Of a stretch of 64,000 nt of DNA, positions 50,744 through 62,476 are shown piece after piece (position 1 is the stretch's first letter; the number at the start of each line of letters is the position of its first letter). Below the pieces are notes generated by a model, which had not been told where the DNA came from, ran no database searches, and saw only the letters and a list, made by a program, of their open reading frames with translations. This stretch comes from Cycas panzhihuaensis (taxonomy: Eukaryota > Plantae > Cycadophyta): the NCBI GenBank assembly GCA_023213395.1, contig CM041465.1:148559741-148623740 (forward strand), given 5' to 3'. Position numbers and translations under genes: made by a program.

Positions 50744-53700
50744 ATGTCGACCAACTTCAAGTAGAATGTGAACTGTATGCTAAAAGGGAAGGAGAATTGG
50801 GATCTATGGTTCACGGGAGTTAAGAACGTAGCCAAGTATGAGGGACTCTGGCTGGATCACTTGGAGCGAACCCCGATAGTACCTGCGACCGACACCACAC
50901 CGCAGAGTGGTGGCACACCTCCAGCTCCTCCTGCTCATAATCCGCAACGGCGACAGTGGATCATTGAAGATCAGAGCAGGGATCCTGCTAGTTATAGATT
51001 ACTGCTTGCACAACTTGATCGATGACACGCAGCATGACACTGCCTTCAAGGTCCTCGAAGTCCTCAAAAGAAACTTTGATACTCAATCAGACTTGGAGTT
51101 TGTTCATATGGTATTGAAGATGAACAAGATGCAAATGCAGAAAGGGCGAGCACATGAAACCATCAATGCTCTTCGCCCCATTAAACAGGCCATTGATAGG
51201 GATTTTTAGACCCACTGCATAACTTGGGCCTTCCTAATTCAATCTGGTCTGCATGTTCCTGATTATAAGAACCTGCTAGGAAATCATCAGTCATCTGGCA
51301 CACTGAAGACCCTCAACTTCGAAGCATTAGCTGAGAAGCTTATTGAACATGACAAGACCTTCACTACTAGCTTCCCACTTTTAGATTCTACTCCTAATGC
51401 AGCCTTTGAAGCTGACATGGACGAGGAAGTATACTACACCAAACAGCAAGGTCAATCTTCATGCGAGGAAGAAGAGGTCGTGGAAGGGGCAGGGGAAAGC
51501 AACAGGGACAACAACAAGGTCAGCAACAAAACAGTAGTCAAAAGACTGTCAATCAGAGACAACCAAACAACAATGCTCCCACGTGTCAAAGGTGTAACAG
51601 GAAACGACACCTTGCAAAAGATTGCCGCATTGACTACAACAGATTGCTTCGTCATCAACAATAGCAACATCAAGCCCACAATGTTGATGAGAGTCATGAT
51701 GACTTATTTGCAGGAGCAAATCTCATTGAGGCACGTATTCAACAAAGCAGGGAAGCATCCACTTCATCTATTGCTTCTAGACCTAAGAGGTACATCGAGG
51801 CACACTATGGCATAGTCATTTGTCAGCTTGATTCGCCACTACCTCGACCACTTGGACAGGCAAATGCTGCATCAACATCATCATCAGATTGGGTTATGGA
51901 CACAGGAGCTACCTAGCACATGACTTGTCACCGGGACTTCTTTCAGGATTTTGTTTCAGAGGTCACCGGAGTAGTACACATGGCCGATAAGTCGACACAA
52001 CCTGTTCAAGGCATGGGCTCTATATGCTTGAAGCTCCTGTGCCCCGCCCAATTTTACTTTAAAAGATGTCTTGTATATTCCCCATCTCAAACAAAACCTT
52101 CGTAGTTATCCACACTTGTCTCCGTGGATTCAACTTTGAGTGTCACGACTAATGATCAAGTTCTTAGTGTTATTCACCCGCCTTCATGTTACGTGGTAAT
52201 GGTAGGAAACTTGAAGGTAAGCTATTTAGACTGATTGGAACCACATTGTCTTCTTCTGCATACCAAGTTGTTGCCCCCATCGTATCGTGGAAGAACTTGC
52301 ATATAATGTCACATTGACTCATTCCAAGATGTCCCTAGAAGCTCTTTGGCATGCTCGCATGGGGCACGTCAAACTTGATCGGCTTAAGGAAATCTCTCAT
52401 TCTACTCCAGGTCTGCCCAGATTTTCCTCTAAGCCATTCAAATGTGAAGCTTGCATTATTGCCAAATCCCACAGATAGCCATTTCCCCAGAGTCAATGGA
52501 AAGCCAGTCAACCTCTTGAATTAGTACACTCAGACATCTGTGGGCCTATGCCTATCCCTTCTCTCACAGGGAAGAGGTACTATATTACATTTATTGATGA
52601 CTTCACTCGAAAGGTATGGGTGACCTTTCTCAAATCAAAAGATGAAGCATTCACAGTATTCAAGGCATTCAAGGCTCTCACAGAGAAGGAATCGGATATC
52701 AATCAAGTGTCTCAGGACTGACAATGGTGGCGAATACACTTCAAATGAATTCGAAGACTTCTTATGTCAGCAGGGGATCAAGCATCAAACAACTATTGCA
52801 GGTACCCCTCAGCAGAATGAAGTTCTTTGAAAGGGCTAATAGAACCATAATGAATATGGCACGGCTATGCTTGTCTTCAAGAATGTGCTGCATATCTGTG
52901 GGCGAAGCTATTTATCTGCGATCTCTGCATGAACAACATAAGTCCATTGAAGCTCGGCCGTCTCCAAATGAACTATAATTTGGACCGGACCCCTCTAGTC
53001 CATCACTTCAAAATTTTGGCTCTACTTGTTATGCTCACATTCTTGATGAGCATAGAAATAAGCTCAACCGCGAGCTTTAAAGGGCATCTTTGTTGCGTAC
53101 CCATGAATAAGAAAGGGTACAAGGTCTTCATTCCAACATTAAAGAAGATCATTATCACTAGAGATGTGGTGTTTTGGAGACGGAGGATCAACTACTTCAA
53201 CTTGATTCTAAAGCACCATCTCATAGATACAACGATGTCGAGAATATGATGTCTGATTCCAACATTTGGGGGAGACAACGAAAAAATACTCAAAATTTTG
53301 GAATCGACAATAGAGCTCGGAGGACACTATCTTTGACTCAGATCCTGTGACAATGTGCGCCAACCCAGCGCCATCTTGGGTGTATAGCCAGAATCACCAC
53401 GTCAAGCATCAAAAGGAAAAGGAGTTGCAGAAGAACCACCTTCACCACCTTGGTTGTAGGGCCGTCTTCTCAAGAATGTCATCAACCTCCGGACCATACA
53501 TCTCCCATGATCCTTTTCAGGATCAAAATGAAGACCAGGATGTTGTGGAAATGAAAACCTCATTCCCAACCAAAGGTTTTTGAGAAGCCTACCAGTTGCA
53601 CAAAGACTTGAGATCTGATGAGGTAGGCAAAATTGGCACTCGAAGTGGTGCCTACAGAGCAAGGGAGCAAACATCACTTCCCATAGAGGTTGAACCAGTG

Positions 53701-55233
53701 AATCGCACCTTGCTTCAAATGACGAGCCTCTATCATACCAAGAAGCTGTGAAACACACAGTTTGGAGAAATGCCATGAATGAGGAATACCAATGCTTAAT
53801 CAAGAACGGTACATGGGAGCTCGTTGATCTGCCTTTGGGAAGGAAGGTAGTCAGAAACAAATGGGTGTTCAAAAATAAATACAGATCAGACGACACCCTT
53901 GAAAAACACAAGGCGAGGTTGGTCGCAAAAGGATTCACCCAGAAGTCTTCGCACCAACTACCAAATGGCCCACAATCAGAGCACTTGTGGCCTTGCCTGC
54001 TCAACAGGGTTCGAAAATCCACCAACTTGATGTGAAAACTACTTTTCTCAATGGAGATTTGGAAGAAGAAATCTACATGACACAGCCTGAAGGCTTTGAG
54101 ATAGCAGACGGGAGGCGAGAAAGTGTGTAGATTGAAAAAGTCGTTATATGGCCTAAAACAAGCCCCCCGCGCTTGGTTCACCAAGTTGTCCAACAAAATG
54201 AGGCAACTTGGATACGAGGTATGTGACTATCAAGACGTTGATGCAACTTTGTTTATTAAGAGAGAAAAGGCAAAGTCACATATCTCCGATCTTTGTGGAC
54301 GACATCTTGATAATCGGAAATAGTGAGCGGGATATCAACAAATTAAAGATGGACTTGTCAAAATCCTTGAGCTGTCGACCTCGGACTAATGAGATATTAC
54401 TTGGGAATTGAGGTAACTCAATGCAATGGAAAAATCTTTCTCTCCCAAGGAAAATATATCAACGATCTTCTAATCAAGTTCGGATTAGAAGATGCGAGCG
54501 ATGTATACTCCAATGGAGCTTAATGCCAAACTTTCCAATGAAGACACTCAAGAGGCAGACTCAACACTCTATCGGCAACTTGTAGGTAGCCTCATTTATG
54601 TTACCAACACAAGGCCAAATATTGCCCATGCCGTTGGCATTCTTGCCCGTCACATGACAACTCCAAAGCAGAACCATTGGCAAGCAGCAATACGAGTGTT
54701 GAAGTACCTAAAGACGACCAACAAACTTGGTTTGTTGTATGAGCACAACAATGATTTCAGACTTACAACATACACAGACTCGGATTTTGCCGATGACAAA
54801 AATACAGGAAGATCAACGTCCGGGTACATCACATTTCTTGGAACAACTCCAATTTCATGGCGGTCAAGGCGGTAGAAAATCACTCTGATTCTCTTTTGGC
54901 CGAATACATAAATGCTTTTGAGACTAGCAAGGAGGTGATATGGCTTCAAAATTATTACATACTTTGGATATCACCCAGACGGGTCCAACGAGCTTACATG
55001 TGGACAATCGACAAGAATCCACATGTCCAAGAATCCTGTTTTCATGATCGTACAAAGCACATTAGTACAAAAGTCCACGGGATCCGGAACCGGTCCATGA
55101 CGGCACAATACAATTGGAACACTCCCCACAAGAGATCAAGTGGTCGATATCTTCACCAAACCGCTGCAAAGGGTGAAGTTTGAACAATTCCGACAGCAGC
55201 TTGACCTTAGGGCCTCCATTTCCAACTGATTGA
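50744..55233 (+). pseudogene. gag-pol: Copia J gag-pol with numerous frameshifts
   Basis: LKGKENWDLW gag, CQRCNRKRHLAKDC knuckle, WVMDTGAT protease, LWHARMGH..CEAC and RTDNGGEY integrase, [11 protein letters not shown] and FVDD RT, YTDSDFA RNaseH. Confidence 0.95.
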
Positions 55234-55257
55234 AGGAGATGGTACACAGGACCAGCA

Positions 55258-55360
55258 TACTCTATCCCATTCGTGAAAACCCCTTGTGGGTGCGGAAGGA
55301 TTAGAGTAAGTCTCTGCTCTCTCCCATTCGTGAAAACCCCTCATGGGCGCGAAAAGAGTT
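55258..55360 (+). repeat. Two ~60-bp tandem units (CCCATTCGTGAAAACCCC..) in the 3' UTR of J
   Basis: Seen directly in the sequence. Confidence 0.7.
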
Positions 55361-56695
55361 GGGTTGTACTTGTTTCGAAAATCAGAACCTATGAAAACCT
55401 GAAAGGGCATGGGGGATGACGAAACGGTATATGGAGACTTAGCAGATGCACAACCAACTTGTACTGCTTGGCTATCTGGCTACACTCAAAGAGCCGTCTG
55501 AGCCACTTCATAGAATAGGAAGTCAAGTCCGTGGGTTTTATTCCCAGGGTTTTCCACAAAAGTGTCTTGTAGGTTGTAGAATTTTTCTCAATGTAATAAT
55601 GAGCCTATAATGAAGACCTCATAGATTAGAATAGGATAAAGGAAAATGACCTTACGCCATTAAGGGGGATTGTGGCGATGTTAATCTCACATGGTCATTT
55701 CATGAAGTTAGAATTAGATAAAGTCACTTTTATGTTTATAACTTTAGGATAAGGTGACTATGCCTAAGTCACTTAAGTGAAATGACATAAAGTTCATTTC
55801 ATTGTAATTTCATGTAATCTCATTTGAATGTCATTGGGAGGGAAAACTCAAATTCCAAACCCTAATGAGCATCCTCATTATATAAACTGAAATTACATGG
55901 AGAGTGAATATATTCTACACTTCTCCTCTTTGAGCTCAAGCTATTAGCATTCTCTTGTTGAGTACATTGTGCTTGTCTCCACTATTTGCCATTGTGTAGT
56001 GTTAGTGCACTAGATCCCTAGATCCATTCCCTCAACAGAGGAAACCCTTGCCTCGAAGAGGGCAATTATTCTGAGCTTTCATTTGATATTATTCTTATCT
56101 GCCATTGAAAATTTTGATGTTCTTTATGTGAGAGTTATGTTATGATGATATTTATGATGTAATTGCTATATTTTTTGTTATGCAATTTGTGGGCATGCCA
56201 TAATTACTCTTGAAGAAAAGTGGTTTGGTAAGAAATCAAATGTTTCAAATTCAAGAATTTTTGGTTGTGAATGTTGGGTGCATGTTCTTGATGAAAAGAG
56301 GAAAAAAATTGAAACTAAGACACAAATGCAATTTGTTTGTCATAGTGAGGTATTTAGGGCATATAGTTCATTTGATCCTTCCTTGCAAGATGTCATTGTT
56401 GAAAGCAATGCAAAGTTTGATGAGAAGTCCTCTCCCTCTTCTCTTAATTCTATGAACCTCATATTGATTTGGTGCTTCTAGATGTTGTTGACACTCTTCC
56501 ACCTATTATTATTTCTAATAATGAGATTGTTGGTGAGACTCGAGAAAGAGCAACTCTTACTTTTGGAGTTAGTGAATCAAGTATAAGTAGGACATTAGTA
56601 GTTTGGTAAGAAAAACTATTGAGGCTTGTTGGTTTAGATGCGGGTGATCCTTTAGATATGAGAAAGACACAATCACAGTATGCTCTTATGGCAAG

Positions 56696-59600
56696 TGTAG
56701 CAGGCCCAATAGAAAAAACAATAGATAGAAGCAATATTTCCAACAGATAATGAAATAGTTACAATCATTCACCATCGATAATATTTCTCCAGATAACATT
56801 GATTCAACAGAGATATATATCATTTATACATTGATAACAACAATACATGTAAATAAGGAATAATAATAACAAAATAATAGCGCTTGATACAATTGTTCAA
56901 CAATAGTAACCCTCTTCGAGGTGGGCATGATCCTCTAAGTACAAGGCCCTAATGGCATGAGGCCATTATATCCATATAATATAATTCTCTAAGAATGTCT
57001 TATAGATGAGGAAGGCTTTTCTATTTATAGCCTTCAAAGCTACAACTTATATTTTCCCTCCAAAAAACTAACTTTAAAATAAAATATAAATAAATGATTC
57101 TTGCTTTAATTCTCCTAAAACTTGATTTCATAATAATAATTTCTCTTATAAAACTGACTTAATTTTTTATTTTGAGAACGCTACAATTCTCCTCCCCTTA
57201 AAAATGATGCTTCACCCTTGAAGTATCGAGAATTGCTTGTAGCTTGGTCTAATCTTCTAGCCACCGCCTGCTAGATCTTGTATGTCATAAAGACTTGGCT
57301 CAATCTTGCATCTTTTATGGAACTTTGCTGGTAGGTGTCTTGAATTTGTCGATGTTTGTTCTTGAGGCCAGATACATGTTGTATCTTGTTATGTATGAGA
57401 AGGATCCTGGGACCTGTGAGGTGCCTTAGATATGTCATCCTGGTCTTGCCTTGTGTTTGCACATTTTGTTTTCAGATGAAATGCTCTATGGAAGTAGAAG
57501 TGAGGATTTTGTGAAAAGAATTGATCGTAAGGGTCATGGATTGATGATTGCTTATCATGAAAAGGAAAAGAAGAGGTGGGATTATGAATTGAGATTAGGC
57601 ATAGCTTTGAAGGCATAGGAAGAAAGGATGAATTTTGGAATTTGCCTTGGATGGAGATGAGAATTTATGTGGGTTTTGTTGGACCACAATAATTCTTAGG
57701 AAAGAAAGATGGATGAGAGATTAGTGATAGATGTTCTTTATGATAAAAAGACTTTAATACATGTTTAGAAATGGTATTCGGACAAAATGAAAGATTTAAT
57801 GGAAAAAAACAATATTGGTAGTGTGAAAGTGGCTAGGATTGGGAAGGAGGAGGCGAGGTTCTATAGGGGGTAATCTTGAGTGATGAAACTTGATGAATGG
57901 ATTAAAGTTGTAGAATATCCAGTTGAGGATGGCTTGTAGGGGGTGAAGGAATACCTAAGTAAAAATTAAGCTAGGATTGTAAAGGGGAATTGGGATTTGT
58001 CCAACGAGAAAACTAGAGTTGAGGGGACTGGATTATGACTAACTATGGGATGGAGAAAAGAGGGCTTTTCTATTGTTGTTGAACTTCGAAAAGAGATACA
58101 ACAGATTAAATTACTAAACGAAATGTGCATGTGTAACACTAGATCAATGAGTACCTTGCATGAAGTTTGTTGAAATTCTTCTTCAAAATTTTGTTGTTTT
58201 TTCACTTGTTCTTCTATGTCTTCGTGCTGCTTTCGTGTAACTTCATCTTGAGTCTCTTCTTTGGTCTTGATTTGAGACTCTTCTATCATATGTGCCTACT
58301 TCGAGTCTTCTGTGTAGTTGTGTTGTTCCCTCTAGATTGGTTCTTGTTCTAGCTCTTGCAAAATATTTGCTTCTTCTTCTATTTCTGCCAATTCGTCTAG
58401 TAATTTTAATGCTTCGATGTCCTCACAAACGACTTGGATACATGCAGATCAAAACCAATACCAATTGGAGAATATAGATGCTTCTACAGACCAATTTATA
58501 AACCAATCAAGAGTACTTCCTTTTAGGAAGCATTTAACAATAGCCCATACTCTTCGATTTTTGTATCTCATGTGTATTCACAATAGACCTTGAGGTTTTA
58601 TACCCAATGCGACATATTTTCCTCATTATTCAGATTTAAAAAATCAGTCTCGAATTTTCTTTTTAGTATCTGAGCTAGAAGTGTGCTCCCTAGTTCTCGA
58701 GTTTTCCTTGCAAATTTCTGTTTATCGACATAGTGAAAAATGACTCGTGTCCATTTGTTTTCAGAATACTCTTGTATCACCCTTTTTAAGAATGGCCACT
58801 TAGAGTACTTTGAATACTTATAGTCATTGCAAAACCCTCTGAACCATCTAATTGCGTCTCCACTTAAATGCTGGGATGCAAACCAAACCTATTCTCCTTC
58901 TAGCATCTAGTGAATGTCAAATTAAGTGTCCATCATCCTTGTCCATTTTGACACCTTAATTTCTTCATTAAGACCCCATTTTTCCAATGAGATCTGTACT
59001 TTGTTAGCCATCTCAAATGGTTCAAATAAACACCTTTATGTAGTTGAGAGTACTCAAATTTCTTGGTCAACAAGGGCCATCACTTCAAAGATTAAAATCT
59101 TTATCATCCACTAGTCTAAACTATCACATCTGACCACTTGTAATGATCATTTTTGAACCAAGAATGCAACAATTTAGACAACATTTCAATTTGGTACCTG
59201 TAGTTCGAGTTATAGATGAAAACGTTCAAGTACCCTTTTTAGAAAGATAAAATGAAAAAAATAAAAGAGAAATTAACCCTCTTGAGTGCTAGCCCTTGGT
59301 CACCTGAGATCATTATGTGAGCGCCTGTTACTTGACAAGGGGCAGACTCCAACAAAATTTTAAAAATGGTTAAATTTACCAAGCTTTCTATATATATATA
59401 TATATATATATATTCCTAAGTTTCATAATGCTCCTCCGTTTGTGCATTTTGAGTCTCCTGTGAAATTGATATACGTGCGACTAATGTCATACATCCGGTT
59501 AGGTTTGCCTTTGCCTCGTTGAACTGGAGATAGGAGATATATCCCTCTTTCGCATTTACATTCCACATGGGGACTAACATCAAACTTTTGCTTTTGTATT

Positions 59601-60909
59601 GTTGTGTGGGGATTATCCGCTTGTCGTTGCATAGCTAGGGCCATTGCGCCCTACTTATCAAGTTGCCCTCACAAAACTTCTTGCAAACTAATCTATAGGT
59701 TGCTTTCTCCACAAAAAATTGTGACATCAACAATTTCATCTATGTCTAGAATTTGATTTACTGACTGAGATATACTCGTTCCAACTGATCTGGTTCCCTC
59801 TTCAATCTAGTCACAACTATGTCACCTTTGCCTTTTCTTATTGATCATAGAATCTTCCTGTTAGCTTCATGCTTCATCTTGCCACGGACATTACAGAATA
59901 TTCACTTGGTGATTTAGCGTGTTTGGTTGTTCGTTCGCCAAAGACGATAAGTGAATATCCGTTAGTACTGCCACCGTGGTAGGAATGTTCCTCACTATTT
60001 AACTTTGCGCAGTCTGCTACTCAAATGCTATGGGTACTCCAGAGATGGATGGATTTCAGATGGTGCCTCAAGGGAGACGGAACACAATAAGTGACCTCAT
60101 GGGCGAATTGCTTCTCATAGTGATTATGCATACACCTACTAATGCGTTACGCCTACTCCTTAGGAAGCGCGAAAGGTTGTGCCACAGATTTAAGATTGCT
60201 CAACTAGCCACACTCTCCACCTTGCTTAACTGTAGATGCCACTTGATTTGCTTTGGCTTTATGACAAACCCTAATACAAGGCTCTGATTTAATTCCCAAC
60301 TATGAACATGCAGCTCTGATACCAATTATAGCGGGCCCAATAGCAAAAACAACAGACAGAAGCAATATTTCCAACAGATAATAGAATATTTATAGTCATT
60401 CATCATCAATAATATTTCTCCAGATAATAATGCTAGTAGATTATAATAGTACTTCCCAATATTTTCATACATTCACGGCAGATAGAGTATAAATTAGAGC
60501 AACAAACTCTCATAAAACATGCTGTAGCAGAGATATATATCATTCATACATTCATAACAACAACATATGTAAATAAGGAATAATAATAACAGAATAATAG
60601 CACTCGATACAATTGTCTAGCAGCAACAACCCTCTTCGAGGCAGGTGCGATCCTCCAACAAGCACAAGGCCCTACTGGTGCGATGCCATTATACCCATAT
60701 AACAAAATTCTCCAAGAATGTGTTACAAATGTGGAAGACTCTTCTATATATAGCCTTAAAAAAACCCAACTCATATTTTCCCTCCAAAAAACTAACTTCA
60801 AAATAGAATATAAATAAATGATTCTTCCTTTAATTATCCTAAAAACCGACTTCATAATAATAATTTCTCTTATATAATCGACTTCCTTTTTTATTTTGGG
60901 AACACTACC
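56696..60909 (-). mobile_element. Element K: non-autonomous gypsy-derived LTR element related to I
   Basis: LTRs 56696-57185 and 60327-60909 (~90-bp indel), TSD GCAAG/ACAAG, PBS complement 60313-60324, PPT complement TTCTCCTCCCCTT. Gag remnant at ~58400-58650 is homologous to that of I. No pol. Confidence 0.88.
59389..59412. repeat. (TA)12 microsatellite
   Basis: Seen directly in the sequence. Confidence 0.95.
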
Positions 60910-62476
60910 ACAAGTGTGTTGGACGCAATAGATCCTCCTTATGATGAAGCAAAAATTAAGCTAGAATGGGAAAAAGCTATGGAAGATGAAAATAGTTCAT
61001 TAATGAAAAACAACACATGGTCTTTCATTCCTTTGCCACATGGTAAGAATCTTGTTGGTTGTAAATGGATCTATAAATCAAAATTCACTGTTGATGACGA
61101 AGTTGAAAAATGTAAGGCTCAATTGGTTGCTAAAGAATTTTCACTAGAAAAAGGTATAGATTACATATATACATTTGCTCTAGTTGCTAAAATGAACACC
61201 ATTCACATTATTATTTGACTTTGTTCATCTTTTGATTGGGAAATATTTCAGATGAATGCTAAAAGTGTTTTTTTTTTAATGTTCACTTTTATGAGGAAAT
61301 TTATATGCAAGAACCTTTTGGTTTTGTTTTTGGTGAAAATTTAGTTTGCAAGTTGAACAAGCCTTTATATGGTCTAAACCAAGCTCCAAAAGCATCATAT
61401 GATAATATTGATAGACATTTTTTGAAGAATGGTTTCTCAAGATGTAGATTAGATCCTAATCTATATGTTGACTTTATAAAAGATGATGTGATCATCATAG
61501 TTCTCTATGTGGATTATTTGATTCTCATAGGTAGCAACGTTGTTTTGAATAATGAGTTGAAAAAAAATCTAAAGCAAACATTTGAGATGTTAGATTTAGA
61601 TACACTACATTATTTCCTTGGATTGCAAGTTTAAAATCTCCATGATGGATACTTCATATATCAAACAAAATGCACTTTGAAATTATTGAAAAAATTCAAA
61701 ATGAATGATTATAAACCATGTGAAACACCATTACAATCCAGAGTTAAGTTATTTAAAGAGTATAGTTCTCCACTAGTTGATGCTACTCTTTATAGACAAC
61801 TTACTGGAAGCTTGATTTATTTAACTCATACTAGGCCTGATATATTATTTGTTGTTGGTTTGATTTCCAAATTCATGCATGACCCACATGAAAGGCATTA
61901 GAAAGTAGTTAAAAGAATTTTAAGATATCTGAAGGGTACTCCAAATTATGGTATTTTTTATGTAAATAGATCTTCTTTATCACTCATTAGTTATATTGAT
62001 TTAGATTGGGCAGTTGATACAGTGTATAATAGCTAAGCAATGGCCCAATTACTTGGTCAAGCAAGAAGTCGAGCGCAACTTCTCTTTGTGCATGTTAAGT
62101 TGAATATAGGGCAACAAAAGTAGTAGTTTAGGTTTGATAATACTCAGGAGATCTTGGATTAAAGTAGGATGAACCTGCAAAGTTGAGATGTGATAATCAA
62201 AGTGGAATTCAACTAGCAAAAAATCTTGTTTATCATTCCAATTCCAAACGTATTAATCTTGATATTTATTATATTCAAGAATTCGTTATAGATGGTACAA
62301 TTTCTTTGGAATATTGTCCTAAGCAGATCAAGCTGCACATATCTTCACCAAATCCTTAATTGAAGTAAAATTTGTTCATCTTCAAAGTTTGCTAGGTATG
62401 AAGGAAGTTATCTCAAAAAGGGAACATTGATGTAATCCTTCATGTATATGTTCCCTAGTCAAGATTAAGGGGGCAG

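Larger units (their letters stand above)
48239..56037 (+). mobile_element. Element J: full-length young Ty1/copia inserted in the 3' LTR of I
   Basis: 367-bp LTRs (48239-48605, 55671-56037) with ~5 differences by manual count, perfect TSD GAGGA, PBS TGGTATCAGAGCC 48608-48620, PPT TAAGGGGGA. Confidence 0.97.
45394..56202 (+). mobile_element. Element I: non-autonomous gypsy-derived LTR element (gag remnant, no pol)
   Basis: 5' LTR 45394-45807, PBS TGGTATCAAAG, PPT AAGGGGAGGGGAG before 47998, 3' LTR 47998-48238 plus 56043-56202. The 2.2-kb interior has a gag-like LLTGKALDW motif and no RT/INT. Confidence 0.85.
43359..62476 (+). mobile_element. Element H: old, heavily decayed Ty1/copia, split by TRIM 2, I/J and K; 5' end missing
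   Basis: gag/PR/INT at 43359-45088 (LWHERLDHLNY..CECC, RTNNVGEY), INT C-part at 56203-56695, RT/RH at 60910-62430 (LYVDYL, TRPDI, CDNQS), PPT TTAAGGGGGCAG ending at 62476. Confidence 0.9.

Noticed and set aside
53610-53665. CTGATGA followed by a GTAGGC..GCCTAC stem, resembling a hammerhead ribozyme core
   Set aside because: No GAAA after the stem and no closing helices; it lies in the coding region of copia pol.
53402-54196. 264-aa minus-strand ORF
   Set aside because: Antisense shadow of the copia J RT region, with no recognisable domain.
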